Origin: an uncultured Acidobacteriota bacterium
GTDB lineage: Bacteria > Acidobacteriota > Blastocatellia > RBC074
NCBI GenBank assembly: GCA_963796275.1
Contig: CAWCKY010000003.1
Location: forward strand, 1,568,001-1,632,000
DNA length: 64,000 nt
Reading direction: 5' to 3'
Position numbers and translations under genes: made by a program. The notes below the pieces were generated by a model that ran no database searches, was not told the origin of the DNA, and was given only the letters and a program-made list of their open reading frames with translations. Numbering within the stretch: the first letter of the stretch is position 1; each line of letters opens with the position of its first letter. Positions 35,984 through 46,881 of the stretch are shown here, piece by piece.

Positions 35984-37187
35984 CTATTGCCTGACAAAAA
36001 CGTACACTCCCTTTTTATTTGACGTCACAATATCCGGCCGCTTGTCATTGTTGATGTCTGCCACGACGAATTGAGTCCCGACACCCGAGTCGTTATCGAT
36101 CTCGTGCTTGATCCATACGACTTCTTTGCCTTTTCGTTGTAATTCAAACCAGACGATTACTGCGGGATCACCCGGATTCACATCTCCTTTCGGACCGTGA
36201 GCCCAAAACCGCTTTCCGGTGATGAGGTCTTTTAATCCATCGCCGTTGATGTCCGCTAGTTCGAGCGCGTGCGATTGCGAAAAGCTGGTATCGATAGTGT
36301 GAGGGGTGAATTCGGTCCCGCCTTCGGGGTTTCTTCTCTGCTCGTGCCACCAGACGCCGATACCGTGCGCTGAGCTGCTCAAGACGTCGGCCAGACCATC
36401 GGCATTTACGTCATAAACGTGCATCTGTGCGCAGTCTTCTCCGAGGTTCGCGGGCACAAACTTCCACGGGCTTTTGCCCTGATTTGGGGGCGACACCCAG
36501 TAACCGGTTCTGATGATGATGTCGTTGCGCTTGTCGCCGTTGATGTCGCCAGCGCCCAGACCGTGGGAATAGCGAAATACCCCATGATCCTTGGCTTTCT
36601 CTTTGGGGATAGTATCGCTGATGGGATGAGCGATAAATTCAGCCAGCGGGTCTTGGGCGGGCTCGTACCATGCCATTTGCGAATCATCGAACGAGAAGAT
36701 GAAGGCCCGTTTGTCACCGAATAACGGTGCGAATGTGGGGCTTTCATTACAGGCATTGCGGAAGATCGTATGTTCGGGCCAGTGGGAATTCTTGCCCTTG
36801 GGATTTTCGTGCCAGACTACCCGGTGAGTGCCGGGCATGTCCACGCGGTATCTGGTCCGGCCAACCGTCGCGATTTATGTCAGCAGCGAAGTTGACGAAA
36901 CTGTTGCTATAACCCTTGGCTGCATCGAATTGTCGGACAGGCTGGATCTCGCGCGGCGTCCAGTCCGGAGCCTCATACCAGAGATTGCCGGCGATTACGT
37001 CGGTTTTGCCGTCTTTATTGAAATCGGCGACGGCTACGCCTTCCGAACGAAAATCGCGATCTAGGATGATCTTCTTAAATCTGACGTCAGTCGGCATCTC
37101 GATCGAAGCGTTGATCGACCGGGTTGGATTAGACAGCGCGGCCAGTGCTAAGAATATGGCGTAGAACGCGGGACGAGCTATTCTCAT
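35984..37187 (-). CDS. FG-GAP/VCBS-repeat secreted protein, +1 frameshift at ~36848
   Basis: Repeats ADFNKDGKTD, ADINRDGWPD, GDINGDKRND, YDVNADGLAD, ADINGDGLKD, ADINNDKRPD across two ORFs; removing one base joins them. Confidence 0.85.
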
Positions 37188-37220
37188 CGATTTTTCTCCT
37201 AGCCGGACAATTGAATAGAT

Positions 37221-38444
37221 TTACTTCAATTCGAGAATATGTTTGCTGACCACATCGGTATATGACTGATAACCGTCGTTCGCGTGCTCCTTGACGAAAC
37301 TATCTATGGTCTGCAGGAGCTGTGTGCTGTAATAACCGTTAACCGATTGCGGATGCGGATATCCCCAGGTGCCATTGAAATAGCTGCGGATGATCACGCT
37401 CTTCTCGCTGCGGGGCAGGAGCTTGATATTCGCGGCGAAGCGGTCGAAGTCGTCCCCGCGCATCAGGTAAAACTCGACGTTGGAAGTATAGAAGGCCGAG
37501 ACGCGCTCGCCGCGGGCAGCGAGGTATTGCGCAATGTTCTTTAAGGCATTATCGCCGGCAAGGTTACCCACCACCGGGACGACCAGGTTACGGTCCTCCA
37601 GCGATTTGAGAAACTGGAAGTCTCCCTCGGCAGCGAGATAGTTGCCCTGCTTCCCCGTCAAATCCTTCTCGAGCAAAAGATCGCGGTAGCTCGGATAGTA
37701 ATAGCGCGGGGGACGGTTGCGGCTGGTGAACTTGAGGTCGGGGCCGGCATCGAAAAATGCTGCGTGAATGCGCCGGATAGTTTCATATTCCAGCGCCTCG
37801 AGTTTGACCCCTAAACCCTTCACTTTATTTTGAATGTTCGTGTTTGTCTGCTCGAACAGTTCGCGCTTCGCCGGAGTTTTGTCGAGATAAGCGATGATCT
37901 GCTGAATATTGCGCGAATCCCACGCCTTTAAATCCGCCGGCACAGGCTTGCCGAAGAGCAGGCAAAGGTACTCTATCCGGCTGCGCGAGAGCGCAAAGAG
38001 CGATTTAAAGAGCAGGTGCTGCAGCAAATTGTCGCGGCGGATATCTACGATGAATACGATCTCCGGCCGGATCTGAGCGATGTAGGAGAAATTCTGATCC
38101 GGACCGACACCGATGTACGCGCCACCTGATACATTCATATTTCGCATTTTCCCCAGCACGTGCAGGTAGGACGCCTCGTTCGATATCAAATTATCAGTGT
38201 CAAAATAACCGTTGGATTCGGAGGATTTTTCAATGAGCTGAGTGAACTGATCTCTGGTAAGAGCGCCCTCGGCAGCCTTTACCGGATTGATGGTGCGATT
38301 ACTCGAATGGATTTCAGTCTGCTCCGACTGCTCCGACTGCCCCGATTGTCTATTTGGCTTCTCTTGTTGAAACTCTGTCTGGGCGAAGTGTGACGATTGT
38401 GTTAGCGCGCACAGAATTAAAATGAGAAGCGATGTTTTTCTCAA
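37221..38444 (-). CDS. Conserved hypothetical secreted protein
   Basis: Signal peptide; FDTDNLISNE, YIGVGPDQNFSYI, FYTSNVEFYL; possible methyltransferase-like fold. Confidence 0.8.
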   Translation of the reverse strand: MRKTSLLILILCALTQSSHFAQTEFQQEKPNRQSGQSEQSEQTEIHSSNRTINPVKAAEGALTRDQFTQLIEKSSESNGYFDTDNLISNEASYLHVLGKMRNMNVSGGAYIGVGPDQNFSYIAQIRPEIVFIVDIRRDNLLQHLLFKSLFALSRSRIEYLCLLFGKPVPADLKAWDSRNIQQIIAYLDKTPAKRELFEQTNTNIQNKVKGLGVKLEALEYETIRRIHAAFFDAGPDLKFTSRNRPPRYYYPSYRDLLLEKDLTGKQGNYLAAEGDFQFLKSLEDRNLVVPVVGNLAGDNALKNIAQYLAARGERVSAFYTSNVEFYLMRGDDFDRFAANIKLLPRSEKSVIIRSYFNGTWGYPHPQSVNGYYSTQLLQTIDSFVKEHANDGYQSYTDVVSKHILELK

Positions 38445-38462
38445 GATCGAGCCCTCCCAGAG

Positions 38463-38560
38463 ATGATTGATAATGGATAATGAAAAGTAAGAGTTTGCCT
38501 AAAAAGCAATTTCACACTATCAACTATCCATCATCGACCATCGACCATCGTTTATCAAGT
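38463..38560. repeat. Heptamer inverted-repeat hairpin
   Basis: ATGATTGATAATGGATAATGAAAAGT paired with ACTATCAACTATCCATCATCGACCATCGACCAT. Confidence 0.65.
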
Positions 38561-38578
38561 ATCGATTTCCCTCCGCCG

Positions 38579-39745
38579 CTACTGATGCTGTTCAATTGCT
38601 TTTGCCTCCCAGATCAATTCATCGCGCCAATGGTTTTTCATCAAATAAGGCGCGTATTCGCGCTCACCCTTGATGAAATAACCGAGGAAAGCGGCGCTAT
38701 ATGAATTGATGATTTTATAGGTCAGCTCCATAGAAGAGTAATTGAACGTCTCGCCTGTCTTGTGCCGTTTGCCTTGTCCGATGCCGTCACCATAGGTCCC
38801 GCTGATCTTGAAAATATCGGAGAATGAGTAATGCCCGCCGTTCTTCATTTCTACCATCAGCGCGGAGCCGGTGTGCTTGGCATAATTCGCGCGGATTCGT
38901 TCATTGCCGGTAACTCCGATCGTTCGGTCTTCCGTGCCCAGCATATAAAGAGTTGGGACCGTGAGATTTGTGTGAGTTTCCGGTGCGCCCGTCATCGCAA
39001 TCACGGCTTTAAATCGCGGATCGAGATCGGCCACGCGAATCGCTGTCATTGAGCCGAAGGACATCCCCGCGGCCACGGTTTTGCTTATATCGATCTTGCC
39101 GGAGAACCGGCTATCCGCTCCGCCATTCCATAAGCTCATCTGATCGAGCAGAAAGATCATGTCCTTCGGACGATCGACTACTGAATTGACTCTTTCATTC
39201 TGCTGGAAAAAGACCGGCTTGCCTTTGATGATGGCGAGCGCCGAATTTCCCGTATGGTCAGCTGAGACTATGATATAGCCGTGACTCGCCAGATAATCGC
39301 ACCAGAAGGTGCTCTGGTTTCGAATAGATCGGTTTCCATGAGAGAAGATGATCAGGGGGAATTTACCATCCCGGACGCGCGCATCGCGGACAGCGTCGTT
39401 GATGAATATCTTATCGATTTCATTCAACGGTTTTTTGAATGCCGCTTTGATCAACGTCTCCAATTGAGGCGTGGGCCCGCCAGGAAGGAAGTTGGAAAAT
39501 TTATTCTTGGGAAGCTTACGGGCGTCGTCGGTCGCCGGATACCATATCTCTGTGACCAGCGTCCGATCCTCTTTGGTGTAGGCATCTTTCCTCTGATGAT
39601 CGACGAAAACGGTCGTCGTCACTCCAACCGGATAAGGTCCGGCAGAGGCGGGATTAAATATATTGTTCGCAGCGCCCGATGCACCCGATGATAATGTAGT
39701 GGTGGATGCAATCACGATCAAGATCGTCGCAATTAAATAGTTCAT
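38579..39745 (-). CDS. Secreted alpha/beta-hydrolase (PAF-acetylhydrolase/dienelactone hydrolase-like)
   Basis: GPYPVG, IWYP, PLIIFSHG, LASHGY, GMSFG, GTEDRT, GGHYSF; ATG at 39745 with RBS GAGGAGG. Confidence 0.85.
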   Translation of the reverse strand: MNYLIATILIVIASTTTLSSGASGAANNIFNPASAGPYPVGVTTTVFVDHQRKDAYTKEDRTLVTEIWYPATDDARKLPKNKFSNFLPGGPTPQLETLIKAAFKKPLNEIDKIFINDAVRDARVRDGKFPLIIFSHGNRSIRNQSTFWCDYLASHGYIIVSADHTGNSALAIIKGKPVFFQQNERVNSVVDRPKDMIFLLDQMSLWNGGADSRFSGKIDISKTVAAGMSFGSMTAIRVADLDPRFKAVIAMTGAPETHTNLTVPTLYMLGTEDRTIGVTGNERIRANYAKHTGSALMVEMKNGGHYSFSDIFKISGTYGDGIGQGKRHKTGETFNYSSMELTYKIINSYSAAFLGYFIKGEREYAPYLMKNHWRDELIWEAKAIEQHQ

Positions 39746-40013
39746 TATGTGCCTCCTCATTATTGATCTCCTTCTCAATCATGAGTGATTTCAGTAATAT
39801 TTCAGTGCGGACGATTTAAGCATAGATCGCCCCATGCTAACAAAAGCAAATTGATATTATTAAATTGTTCAATTATATGTCGTAAGGTTTCATTATGGGC
39901 GACTCATTAAACGAAGAAAAATCAGGGAAGACGGTGTTAATCTGTCCACCCTTTTGATATCGGTAGGAATTAGAAGACCTACCGACATTTTAGGAGGAAG
40001 CCAAGGAATAAGG

Positions 40014-40751
40014 ATGAGTAAGAATACGGCGACGAGTAGAAGCAGAGCGGCGGAAGGTATGAAAACATTATCAATCGATATCGGTGGGTCACGCTTGAAA
40101 GCTACGGTTCTCGATGAAGTCGGAGAGATGCTTACCGATCGCGTGCGTACCGACACGCCGGTCCCTTGCCCGCCGGAAGTCCTCTTAAACGCACTCAAGG
40201 ATCTGGTTGCGCAACTGCCTCTATTCGACCGAATCTCAGTTGGATTTCCGGGCGTTGTACGCAAAGGGAAAGTATTCGGCGCGATCAATCTCGGAGGTCA
40301 ATACTGGCAGGGGTATGATCTGGAGAAGGCGCTGGAGCAGCAATTCGGTAAGCCCGCCCGTGTGCTCAATGATGCGGACATGCAGGGATTGGCCGCAATC
40401 AGGGGTAAGGGAATAGAGATGGTGATCACGCTCGGAACCGGCGTCGGCTGCGGCATGTTCGAAGACGGCCGGCTCGCGCCCCATCTGGAGATCGGCCACA
40501 TCCCTTTCCGTAACGACGAAACATTCGAGGAGCAACTGGGTAATCGCGCATTGGTGGATGTCGGAAAGAAGCGTTGGAATCGCAGGCTTCAACGCGCGAT
40601 CAGATACTGGCGTATCCTGACCTTTTTCGACAAGCTCTATCTCGGGGGAGGCAATGCCGGACAGATCAGCTTCGATCTCGACCCCGACGTCGAGATCGTC
40701 TCGAATGAATTGGGCATGAAAGGCGGGATATGGTTGTGGAAAGATAGATGA
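40014..40751 (+). CDS. ROK family kinase, polyphosphate glucokinase-like
   Basis: IDIGGSRLK, VGFPGVV, NDADMQG, TLGTGVG, HLEIGH, LYLGGGN. Confidence 0.88.
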   Translation: MSKNTATSRSRAAEGMKTLSIDIGGSRLKATVLDEVGEMLTDRVRTDTPVPCPPEVLLNALKDLVAQLPLFDRISVGFPGVVRKGKVFGAINLGGQYWQGYDLEKALEQQFGKPARVLNDADMQGLAAIRGKGIEMVITLGTGVGCGMFEDGRLAPHLEIGHIPFRNDETFEEQLGNRALVDVGKKRWNRRLQRAIRYWRILTFFDKLYLGGGNAGQISFDLDPDVEIVSNELGMKGGIWLWKDR

Positions 40752-40766
40752 CCGCGGATAAAAGAT

Positions 40767-40822
40767 GGAACGGGGCAACGGAGCAACGGAGCAACGGGGC
40801 AACGGGGGGCAACGGGGGCAAG
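40767..40822 (+). repeat. Short tandem GCAACGG(A/G) repeats
   Basis: GGAACGGGGCAACGGAGCAACGGAGCAACGGGGCAACGGGGGGCAACGG. Confidence 0.7.
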
Positions 40823-41276
40823 GGATGGAGAAGAGGCGAGGTGCCCGCCGGGTATGAAGCGGCAGCGATGATAATTTCCCGGACTGCCAAAAATTTATTG
40901 AGATAAATCGATCCGATTAGAACCTCACGTAGAGTAATAGTCAGAGGGATAGTGAGCGACTTCCCTGGAATGCATCAAGAGAAACATAGAAAAGAGAAAC
41001 AAAGAGAAACAAAGGAATCATAAAAGGGATACAAAATGCCAGCGATCGGTTTATCGCACCTCTACAGAGCCTGACGACTTGCTTAGCGCCCACCCTGGCT
41101 GCGGCTCCGCTACGCCACTGGCTATTATCTTAATGCACCGTCGGAGCTACCGAGAAGCAGCGCGCAATCGCCCAACGGAGGCGGATTTAACGTTATGTGA
41201 ATTGCCATCGGAATCGCAACGCCTCCATCTCAGGTCGCCTGGTCGCTCGATATCACGGTTTTCAATTTGATTTCAT

Positions 41277-42134
41277 ATGCCGCTTTACCTTGTCGCAACA
41301 CCGATCGGCAATCGCGAAGACATTACACTTCGTGCTCTTCGTGTACTCAAAGAGGTCGATTTGATCGCGTGCGAAGACACGCGCCATACGCGGCGGTTGC
41401 TTGATCACTTCGGCATCAGCAAGCCGACGATCAGTTACCACGAGCACAATGAACAGGCGCGGGCGGCCGAGTTGGTGGAACGATTGCTCGCAGGTGAGAA
41501 TATCGCACTGGTGACCGACGCGGGCACGCCGGGGATATCAGATCCGGCTTACCGAATCGTAAAAGCGGCGATCGAGCGGTCCGTTCAGTTGATCCCGATT
41601 CCGGGAGCGTCGGCAGTGATAGCAGCACTCATCGCATCCGGCCTGCCGACCGATACGTTCAAATTCACGGGCTTTCTTCCGCATAAAAAAGCGGCGCGCC
41701 GTAAACTGTTGGAAGAATTGAAAGGGGAGCGGGCGACCCTCGTGTTTTACGAAGCGCCTCATAGGATTCGTGAAACGCTGGTCGATGCCCGGGAGACTTT
41801 GGGGGACCGCGAAGGCGTCCTGGCTCGCGAGCTGACCAAAATGCACGAGCAATTTATTCGCGGCACGCTGGCGGCAATCAGCGAGCGGGTTGCCGCGGAA
41901 CATCCCCGCGGCGAAATGACGCTTGTCATTGCCGGAAACCGCGATGATAATTTGCCGAAGGCTCATGATCTTTCAATAGGCGATGATGTCGAGCGTTTGA
42001 TGCGCGATGAAGGCTTATCCAGGTCTGATGCGATTAAACTTGCCGCGCGATCGCGCGGATTGACGAAACGACAGGCATATCAATTGTTGCTGGCTGAGAG
42101 AGGAGCGAATGACAACTATGACGATGCGGATTGA
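41277..42134 (+). CDS. rsmI: 16S rRNA C1402 2'-O-methyltransferase
   Basis: LYLVATPIGNREDITLRAL, CEDTRHT, DAGTPGISDP, FYEAPHR, RELTKMHE. Confidence 0.96.
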   Translation: MPLYLVATPIGNREDITLRALRVLKEVDLIACEDTRHTRRLLDHFGISKPTISYHEHNEQARAAELVERLLAGENIALVTDAGTPGISDPAYRIVKAAIERSVQLIPIPGASAVIAALIASGLPTDTFKFTGFLPHKKAARRKLLEELKGERATLVFYEAPHRIRETLVDARETLGDREGVLARELTKMHEQFIRGTLAAISERVAAEHPRGEMTLVIAGNRDDNLPKAHDLSIGDDVERLMRDEGLSRSDAIKLAARSRGLTKRQAYQLLLAERGANDNYDDAD

Positions 42135-43044
42135 TAGTCTTGTATATCGCGGGGGCATAGCCGTAATAGCCCTCATGATCTTTTCTGTTGCAGTCAACGC
42201 GCAGCTTTTGCGCAAGAACGATTACGGCGTCGGCGTGACGGTTGCGATCTATCAATTCAATGATGCGCGCTCGAAGCAGTTCACTCAGGTCAATACGCTG
42301 AAGCAGACCGTATCGACGCCGCAAGAAGAGATCGATTACATTACCCGTAACTTCGGGGTGGAAGAGTTGAAGGTCCGTCACATCCGGACCATCGGATTGC
42401 GTGAAGGCGAGGCTTACACCGATCGGGAAACGATGAACGACAAGCAATTCACCTTCACCATAACGCCGCGCATCATAACGAGAAACGATGTGACGTTCGA
42501 TTTTTCCGCCGGGTACGACGAAAAGACACTCCTCGAGGTCAAGAGCGTCACGGCGGGCAATTATGAAACGGTGTTGTTGCGCGGGGAGCAGGGAGGATTC
42601 GGCGTGCGCGAATTCGTCGGGCCGGGCGGCCCCGAACGCGTACCTGAAAAACGCGCGCTGATCGTGACGATCACGCCGGCCGTGCAGACGGCCCGCAGCC
42701 TGCAGAACAGACCGACGGATATCTCCCGGCCGACCGACCAATTCGGATCGAAAGTCGAATTGACCGAGAGCGACACGTTCATCCCGCCCGTGCTCATCAA
42801 TCGCACCCCGCTCAAATTCCCTCCGGGTGCGAGGCTGACCGGTTCAATTACGCTCACCGGCATCATTACCCCTGATGGACGCGTCACCAACGCGCGCGTC
42901 CTCGATACGCCTGACCAGGCCTTGAATCCGAAGGCGATCGAAGCCTTCAGGCAGTACCGCTTTACACCGGCAAAATTGAACGGGCGGGCGACATACGCTA
43001 CATATCGAGAGACGATAGTTTTGGACAAAGAACGGCCTCTGTAA
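42109..43044 (+). CDS. Secreted protein with a C-terminal TonB_C domain
   Basis: GSITLTGIITPDGRVTNARV..AIEAFRQYRFTPAKLNG. Confidence 0.75.
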   Translation: MTTMTMRIDSLVYRGGIAVIALMIFSVAVNAQLLRKNDYGVGVTVAIYQFNDARSKQFTQVNTLKQTVSTPQEEIDYITRNFGVEELKVRHIRTIGLREGEAYTDRETMNDKQFTFTITPRIITRNDVTFDFSAGYDEKTLLEVKSVTAGNYETVLLRGEQGGFGVREFVGPGGPERVPEKRALIVTITPAVQTARSLQNRPTDISRPTDQFGSKVELTESDTFIPPVLINRTPLKFPPGARLTGSITLTGIITPDGRVTNARVLDTPDQALNPKAIEAFRQYRFTPAKLNGRATYATYRETIVLDKERPL

Positions 43045-43049
43045 GTAAT

Positions 43050-43949
43050 ATGTCATCATCACTAACAAGTTATTGTACCAATTGCGGGAATGCTTTCGAT
43101 TCTGCATTCCGGGCTGATTGCCCGCACTGTGCCATGCCCTCCGAAATGGCTGAGACGCAGGAGCCAAAGTTGTGGGGCCCCGGAACCGGATTGCTCGTCT
43201 GGATGGGCAGCATCGGATTGCTCGTATTCTTTCAGGTCCTCGCCATCCTCGTCTGGTTTGCCATCAGGTATAAAGAGACCGGGCAGTTCCCGAAAGAGAT
43301 CGTGATGGACTGGTTGATCACCATCCTTTCGATCGGCTCAAGTTTCCCGGCCCATCTCCTGACTCTGCTCCTTTGTTGGACGGTCGTAACTGGCTTCGGC
43401 CGCCGCCCGTTCGGGCAAACCCTGGGATTGAGCTGGCATACGCAGTTTAAGTGGGTCCATGCTGTCGCACTTGCCTTTTTGATGATGGGCTTCGGATTCT
43501 TGATTGAAAAAATTCTCCCGCATCAAGAAACCGAACTCGAGAAGTTATTGAAAATGGGGACGTCCGTGCGGGTATTGGTTGCCGCGCTCGCCGTGCTAAC
43601 CGCCCCGATCGTTGAGGAAGTGGTCTACCGCGGGGTTCTCTACTCGGGCATAGAGCGCGCATGGGGAAAGAGAGCGGGCGTCGTTCTGGTGACTTTTCTC
43701 TTCGCCGGGGTACATTACCTGCAATATCGATCAAGTTATGCCGCCCTCACCGTTATCGTCTCGCTGAGCCTGGTACTGACATTGTTGCGAGCCACTACCG
43801 GCAAGTTGCTGCCATGCGTCGCCACGCATCTGGTCTACAATGGATTGAATGCGGTTATTTTGCTGATGGTGCCGGATGAGTTGCCGGACACTCAGACGAT
43901 TGAGACAGCAGTAGCTTTGATATGCCGGGGAATTGGATTAGCTCTCTGA
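43050..43949 (+). CDS. CPBP (Abi/CAAX) intramembrane glutamic endopeptidase
   Basis: APIVEEVVYRG, FAGVH, HLVYN; N-terminal CxxC..CxxC. Confidence 0.9.
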   Translation: MSSSLTSYCTNCGNAFDSAFRADCPHCAMPSEMAETQEPKLWGPGTGLLVWMGSIGLLVFFQVLAILVWFAIRYKETGQFPKEIVMDWLITILSIGSSFPAHLLTLLLCWTVVTGFGRRPFGQTLGLSWHTQFKWVHAVALAFLMMGFGFLIEKILPHQETELEKLLKMGTSVRVLVAALAVLTAPIVEEVVYRGVLYSGIERAWGKRAGVVLVTFLFAGVHYLQYRSSYAALTVIVSLSLVLTLLRATTGKLLPCVATHLVYNGLNAVILLMVPDELPDTQTIETAVALICRGIGLAL

Positions 43950-44015
43950 CCCAGGACATTAAACGGCGGAGAGCACGGAGAAGGTTTTAAAGATTTATGA
44001 AAGGGAGGGTGAGTC

Positions 44016-44246
44016 GTGAACGATTTTTTCGCGATTATTGAAAAGTTGCAGGCGATGTTCGACAGCGAAGACGTCGAGGTCATCACTAACGATGGGCAGA
44101 GCATTCGCGGACGTATCGATAACCTCCGAAGCACACAACCATTCAGCAAGCCGGCGGTTAAAATACGCGGTCAGGATGGTAAGATCAGAAAGGTTCTTTT
44201 TTCTGAAATCAAAGAGTTAATTGATCATAAGAAGAGTGATGAATGA
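44016..44246 (+). CDS. Small hypothetical protein
   Basis: RBS GGAGG and GTG start; small beta-rich (Sm-like?) sequence. Confidence 0.55.
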   Translation: MNDFFAIIEKLQAMFDSEDVEVITNDGQSIRGRIDNLRSTQPFSKPAVKIRGQDGKIRKVLFSEIKELIDHKKSDE

Positions 44247-44297
44247 TGGGCAATCGCATCGCTATTAAAGCTCATCGGCTTGCCCATCGATCGATAT

Positions 44298-44549
44298 TTA
44301 TCGCTTCTCTTCGACGATTGGACGTTTGAAGGTATATTTGACGTAACGGCTGCTAGCGAGCATCTCTTCACCTTTATTGCTGCGATGCATGGCGAAGCCG
44401 TCAACATAGACACTGACCAGTTCCCAGGCCTCCTGACCGAGCGAATTCAATCCGGCATCAACATTGGCGTCGATGAAATCTTCTCCCGTGATACGCGAGC
44501 CGATTTTACGAATCTCGCCCCAATCCACCGTTCGGTATTCCCATTTCAT
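44298..44549 (-). CDS. DUF4177 family protein
   Basis: MKWEYRTV..LNSLGQEAWELVSV..FKRP. Confidence 0.8.
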   Translation of the reverse strand: MKWEYRTVDWGEIRKIGSRITGEDFIDANVDAGLNSLGQEAWELVSVYVDGFAMHRSNKGEEMLASSRYVKYTFKRPIVEEKR

Positions 44550-44739
44550 TTTCTTGCCTCTTCCTTTTTTTTGTGCTGTATCTGTAGGGAGAGATACAGA
44601 GTGAATGTCCGATGAGCGTTATCAAGGTCAGGTTCATCACAATTGTCATCTATGTTGTTATCGTTTTAGACGCAAATCCGAATATGAAAGTTACGAAATA
44701 AGACATTGTGGGGTTGTTCGATGATCAGATGGTGGGGGC

Positions 44740-45735
44740 CTATCTGATTTGCGCCTCGATTCTGGGAAGGCTTTGCAGCACAACTTCGCCGACGATCTCC
44801 AAGCTCCGCGCGCTTATCTTATCAAAGGTGTCTTGTTCCGTATGCCAGAAGGTATTCTCTTCTACACCGTACTCAAAATCAATCAAATCTACGGCACTGA
44901 CTCCGGCCTCGAGGAAAGGGGTGTGATCGTCGGTCATGGACTGGTTCTCATTAGGGAAATGCCGCTCGTGACCGAGTTCGCGCGCCGTTCCCCAGATTGC
45001 ATCGACGATCTGGCGAGAAGAATTGTCGTCGCGCGGTAGTTTCAAATCCTTATCTCCCACCATATCGAGCAGAATCATCGCTTTAATTCGATCGAGCCGC
45101 TTCTCTTTCTTCAATCGATCGACCATATGGCGGCTGCCATATGTATTGTCCAGCCCATCGAGACATTCGTCCCAATCCAGACAAAAGGCTTCTTCGCCGT
45201 CGAAAAAGACGAACTGATAGGTGAAGCGGCGCTTCGGCTTTCCGGCGGCGCTCTCTGCCGCCATAACGCGCGCCATTTCCAGTAGCGCGCCGGTGCTCGA
45301 CCCTCCGTCATTGGCGCCGACGAAGGTGAAATCTTTGAAGTACTTGGTATCGTAATGGCTGGCGATAATGACGATTTCGGAAGTCTCGCCTGGCAGCTCG
45401 GCGATGATGTTCGTCATTTTAACTTTTCCCTGCGGCGTATTGGGAGTGAAGATATCGAAGGTGGTTTTCAAGCCGTAACTTTCCAATTCCTTCTTGATAT
45501 ACGCCCCGGTCTTCTCCGATGCCTTTGAGCCGGCCGGTCGCGGTCCGAAATCGATCTGAGCTTTGACGTGAGCCAGCGCCCTCTCACCATCAAAAGCTGT
45601 TCGCTTTTTCTCCGATTTATCAGCCGAGCTCGCATCCGCGCGGGATGAAGACCCCGAACTCTCCGGGGTTGAGCTGAGATTATTTGCGCAGGCAAAAGTA
45701 AGTATTGCTATGGATAGTATAAAAATTCGCAACAT
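44740..45735 (-). CDS. M28 family peptidase / glutaminyl cyclase-like lipoprotein
   Basis: Lipobox TFAC (start taken as ATG 45735), FGPRPAGS, SHYDTK, GANDGGS, FDGEE, LDMVG, DDHTPF, WHT. Confidence 0.88.
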   Translation of the reverse strand: MLRIFILSIAILTFACANNLSSTPESSGSSSRADASSADKSEKKRTAFDGERALAHVKAQIDFGPRPAGSKASEKTGAYIKKELESYGLKTTFDIFTPNTPQGKVKMTNIIAELPGETSEIVIIASHYDTKYFKDFTFVGANDGGSSTGALLEMARVMAAESAAGKPKRRFTYQFVFFDGEEAFCLDWDECLDGLDNTYGSRHMVDRLKKEKRLDRIKAMILLDMVGDKDLKLPRDDNSSRQIVDAIWGTARELGHERHFPNENQSMTDDHTPFLEAGVSAVDLIDFEYGVEENTFWHTEQDTFDKISARSLEIVGEVVLQSLPRIEAQIR

Positions 45736-45846
45736 AAATCTTATGATTTGCGCGATTGCGGGATGCTCATACGAAATTACAGAGCACTCAATACGCATAA
45801 ATTGTGGTTTTAGGATGAGTTTCAATTCGCATACCGCAATCCGTAA

Positions 45847-46713
45847 TCAACTCCGATCAGGCCCGGTGAAGGTTAGAGCGTTGCTCAAATAGTCGCGCAA
45901 TTTGCGGCGATCGACCACACTATCGAGCATTCCATGTTCGAGCAAAAATTCGGAGAGTTGGAATCCCTTGGGAAGTTTCTGGCGAATCGTTTGTTCGATA
46001 ACCCGTGCGCCGGCGAACCCTATGATCGCTCCGGGTTCGGCGATATTCAAGTCGCCGAGCATCGCGAAGCTGGCTGTGACGCCTCCAGTGGTCGGGTCGG
46101 TCATCAAGGAGAAATAGGGAAGCCCGGCATCATCCAGCTGCGCCAGGGCGGCGGAGATCTTCGCCATCTGCAAGAGCGAATATATGCCCTCCTGCATGCG
46201 GGCGCCGCCCGAGCAGGAGACGATGATCAACGGCAATCTGTTCTGGATGCAATATTCAATGGCGAGCGTGATCTTTTCGCCTACTACCGAGCCCATGCTG
46301 CCCATGATGAAGCCGAGCTCCATGGCGCAGATGATCACCGGCCGCCCTCCGATCTTTCCTTCGCCCGTGATCAGCGCGTCGAGCATCCCCGTGGCTTTCT
46401 GGGCTTTCTTGAGACGCTCGCTATATGGAGATTTGTCGACGAATTTTAGCGGGTCCGCCGGGGCGATGTCGGAATCGCGCTCTTGATACTTGCCGTCGTC
46501 GAAGAGCATCTGCAGACGCTCGCGAGAGCCCACCCGGAAGTGATAGCCGCAGTCCGGACATACGCTCAGATTTTTCTTTAAATCTTTGCGGTAGATAGTC
46601 GCGCCGCAATCATCGTTTTCGCATTTGACGAAGATCCCTTCGGTCTTCACCGTTCGCTCTTCGGGCGACGCGACCTCACCGATCTTTTCAGTTTGGCGTT
46701 TGAACCAGGCCAT
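45847..46713 (-). CDS. accD: Acetyl-CoA carboxylase carboxyltransferase beta subunit
   Basis: Zn finger, GSMGSVVGEKI, SGGARMQEG, PTTGGVTASFA, GFAGARVIEQT. Confidence 0.97.
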   Translation of the reverse strand: MAWFKRQTEKIGEVASPEERTVKTEGIFVKCENDDCGATIYRKDLKKNLSVCPDCGYHFRVGSRERLQMLFDDGKYQERDSDIAPADPLKFVDKSPYSERLKKAQKATGMLDALITGEGKIGGRPVIICAMELGFIMGSMGSVVGEKITLAIEYCIQNRLPLIIVSCSGGARMQEGIYSLLQMAKISAALAQLDDAGLPYFSLMTDPTTGGVTASFAMLGDLNIAEPGAIIGFAGARVIEQTIRQKLPKGFQLSEFLLEHGMLDSVVDRRKLRDYLSNALTFTGPDRS

Positions 46714-46881
46714 AAAATATCTTTATATGACTATTCGTCGTCTTTTAAGCAAGCGCAAATTCTACGCGGCAACTTGGGAAAGTGCAAAGACAAAAAAATC
46801 AAAATGGCAAATAGCAGAAATGAATTAGAGGGCATTCGTGACTATTTGGGGAGGCACTTTGTGATTTTTCGTTGTCGTATA

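Noticed and set aside
35336-36074. ORFs over the tandem array (MEFRVYAVF..)
   Set aside because: Translations of the DNA repeat in shifting frames with no coding evidence
41038-41150. Possible degenerate REP/MITE remnant (similar signal at 51915-51965)
   Set aside because: Too decayed to define ends or a family from this window alone
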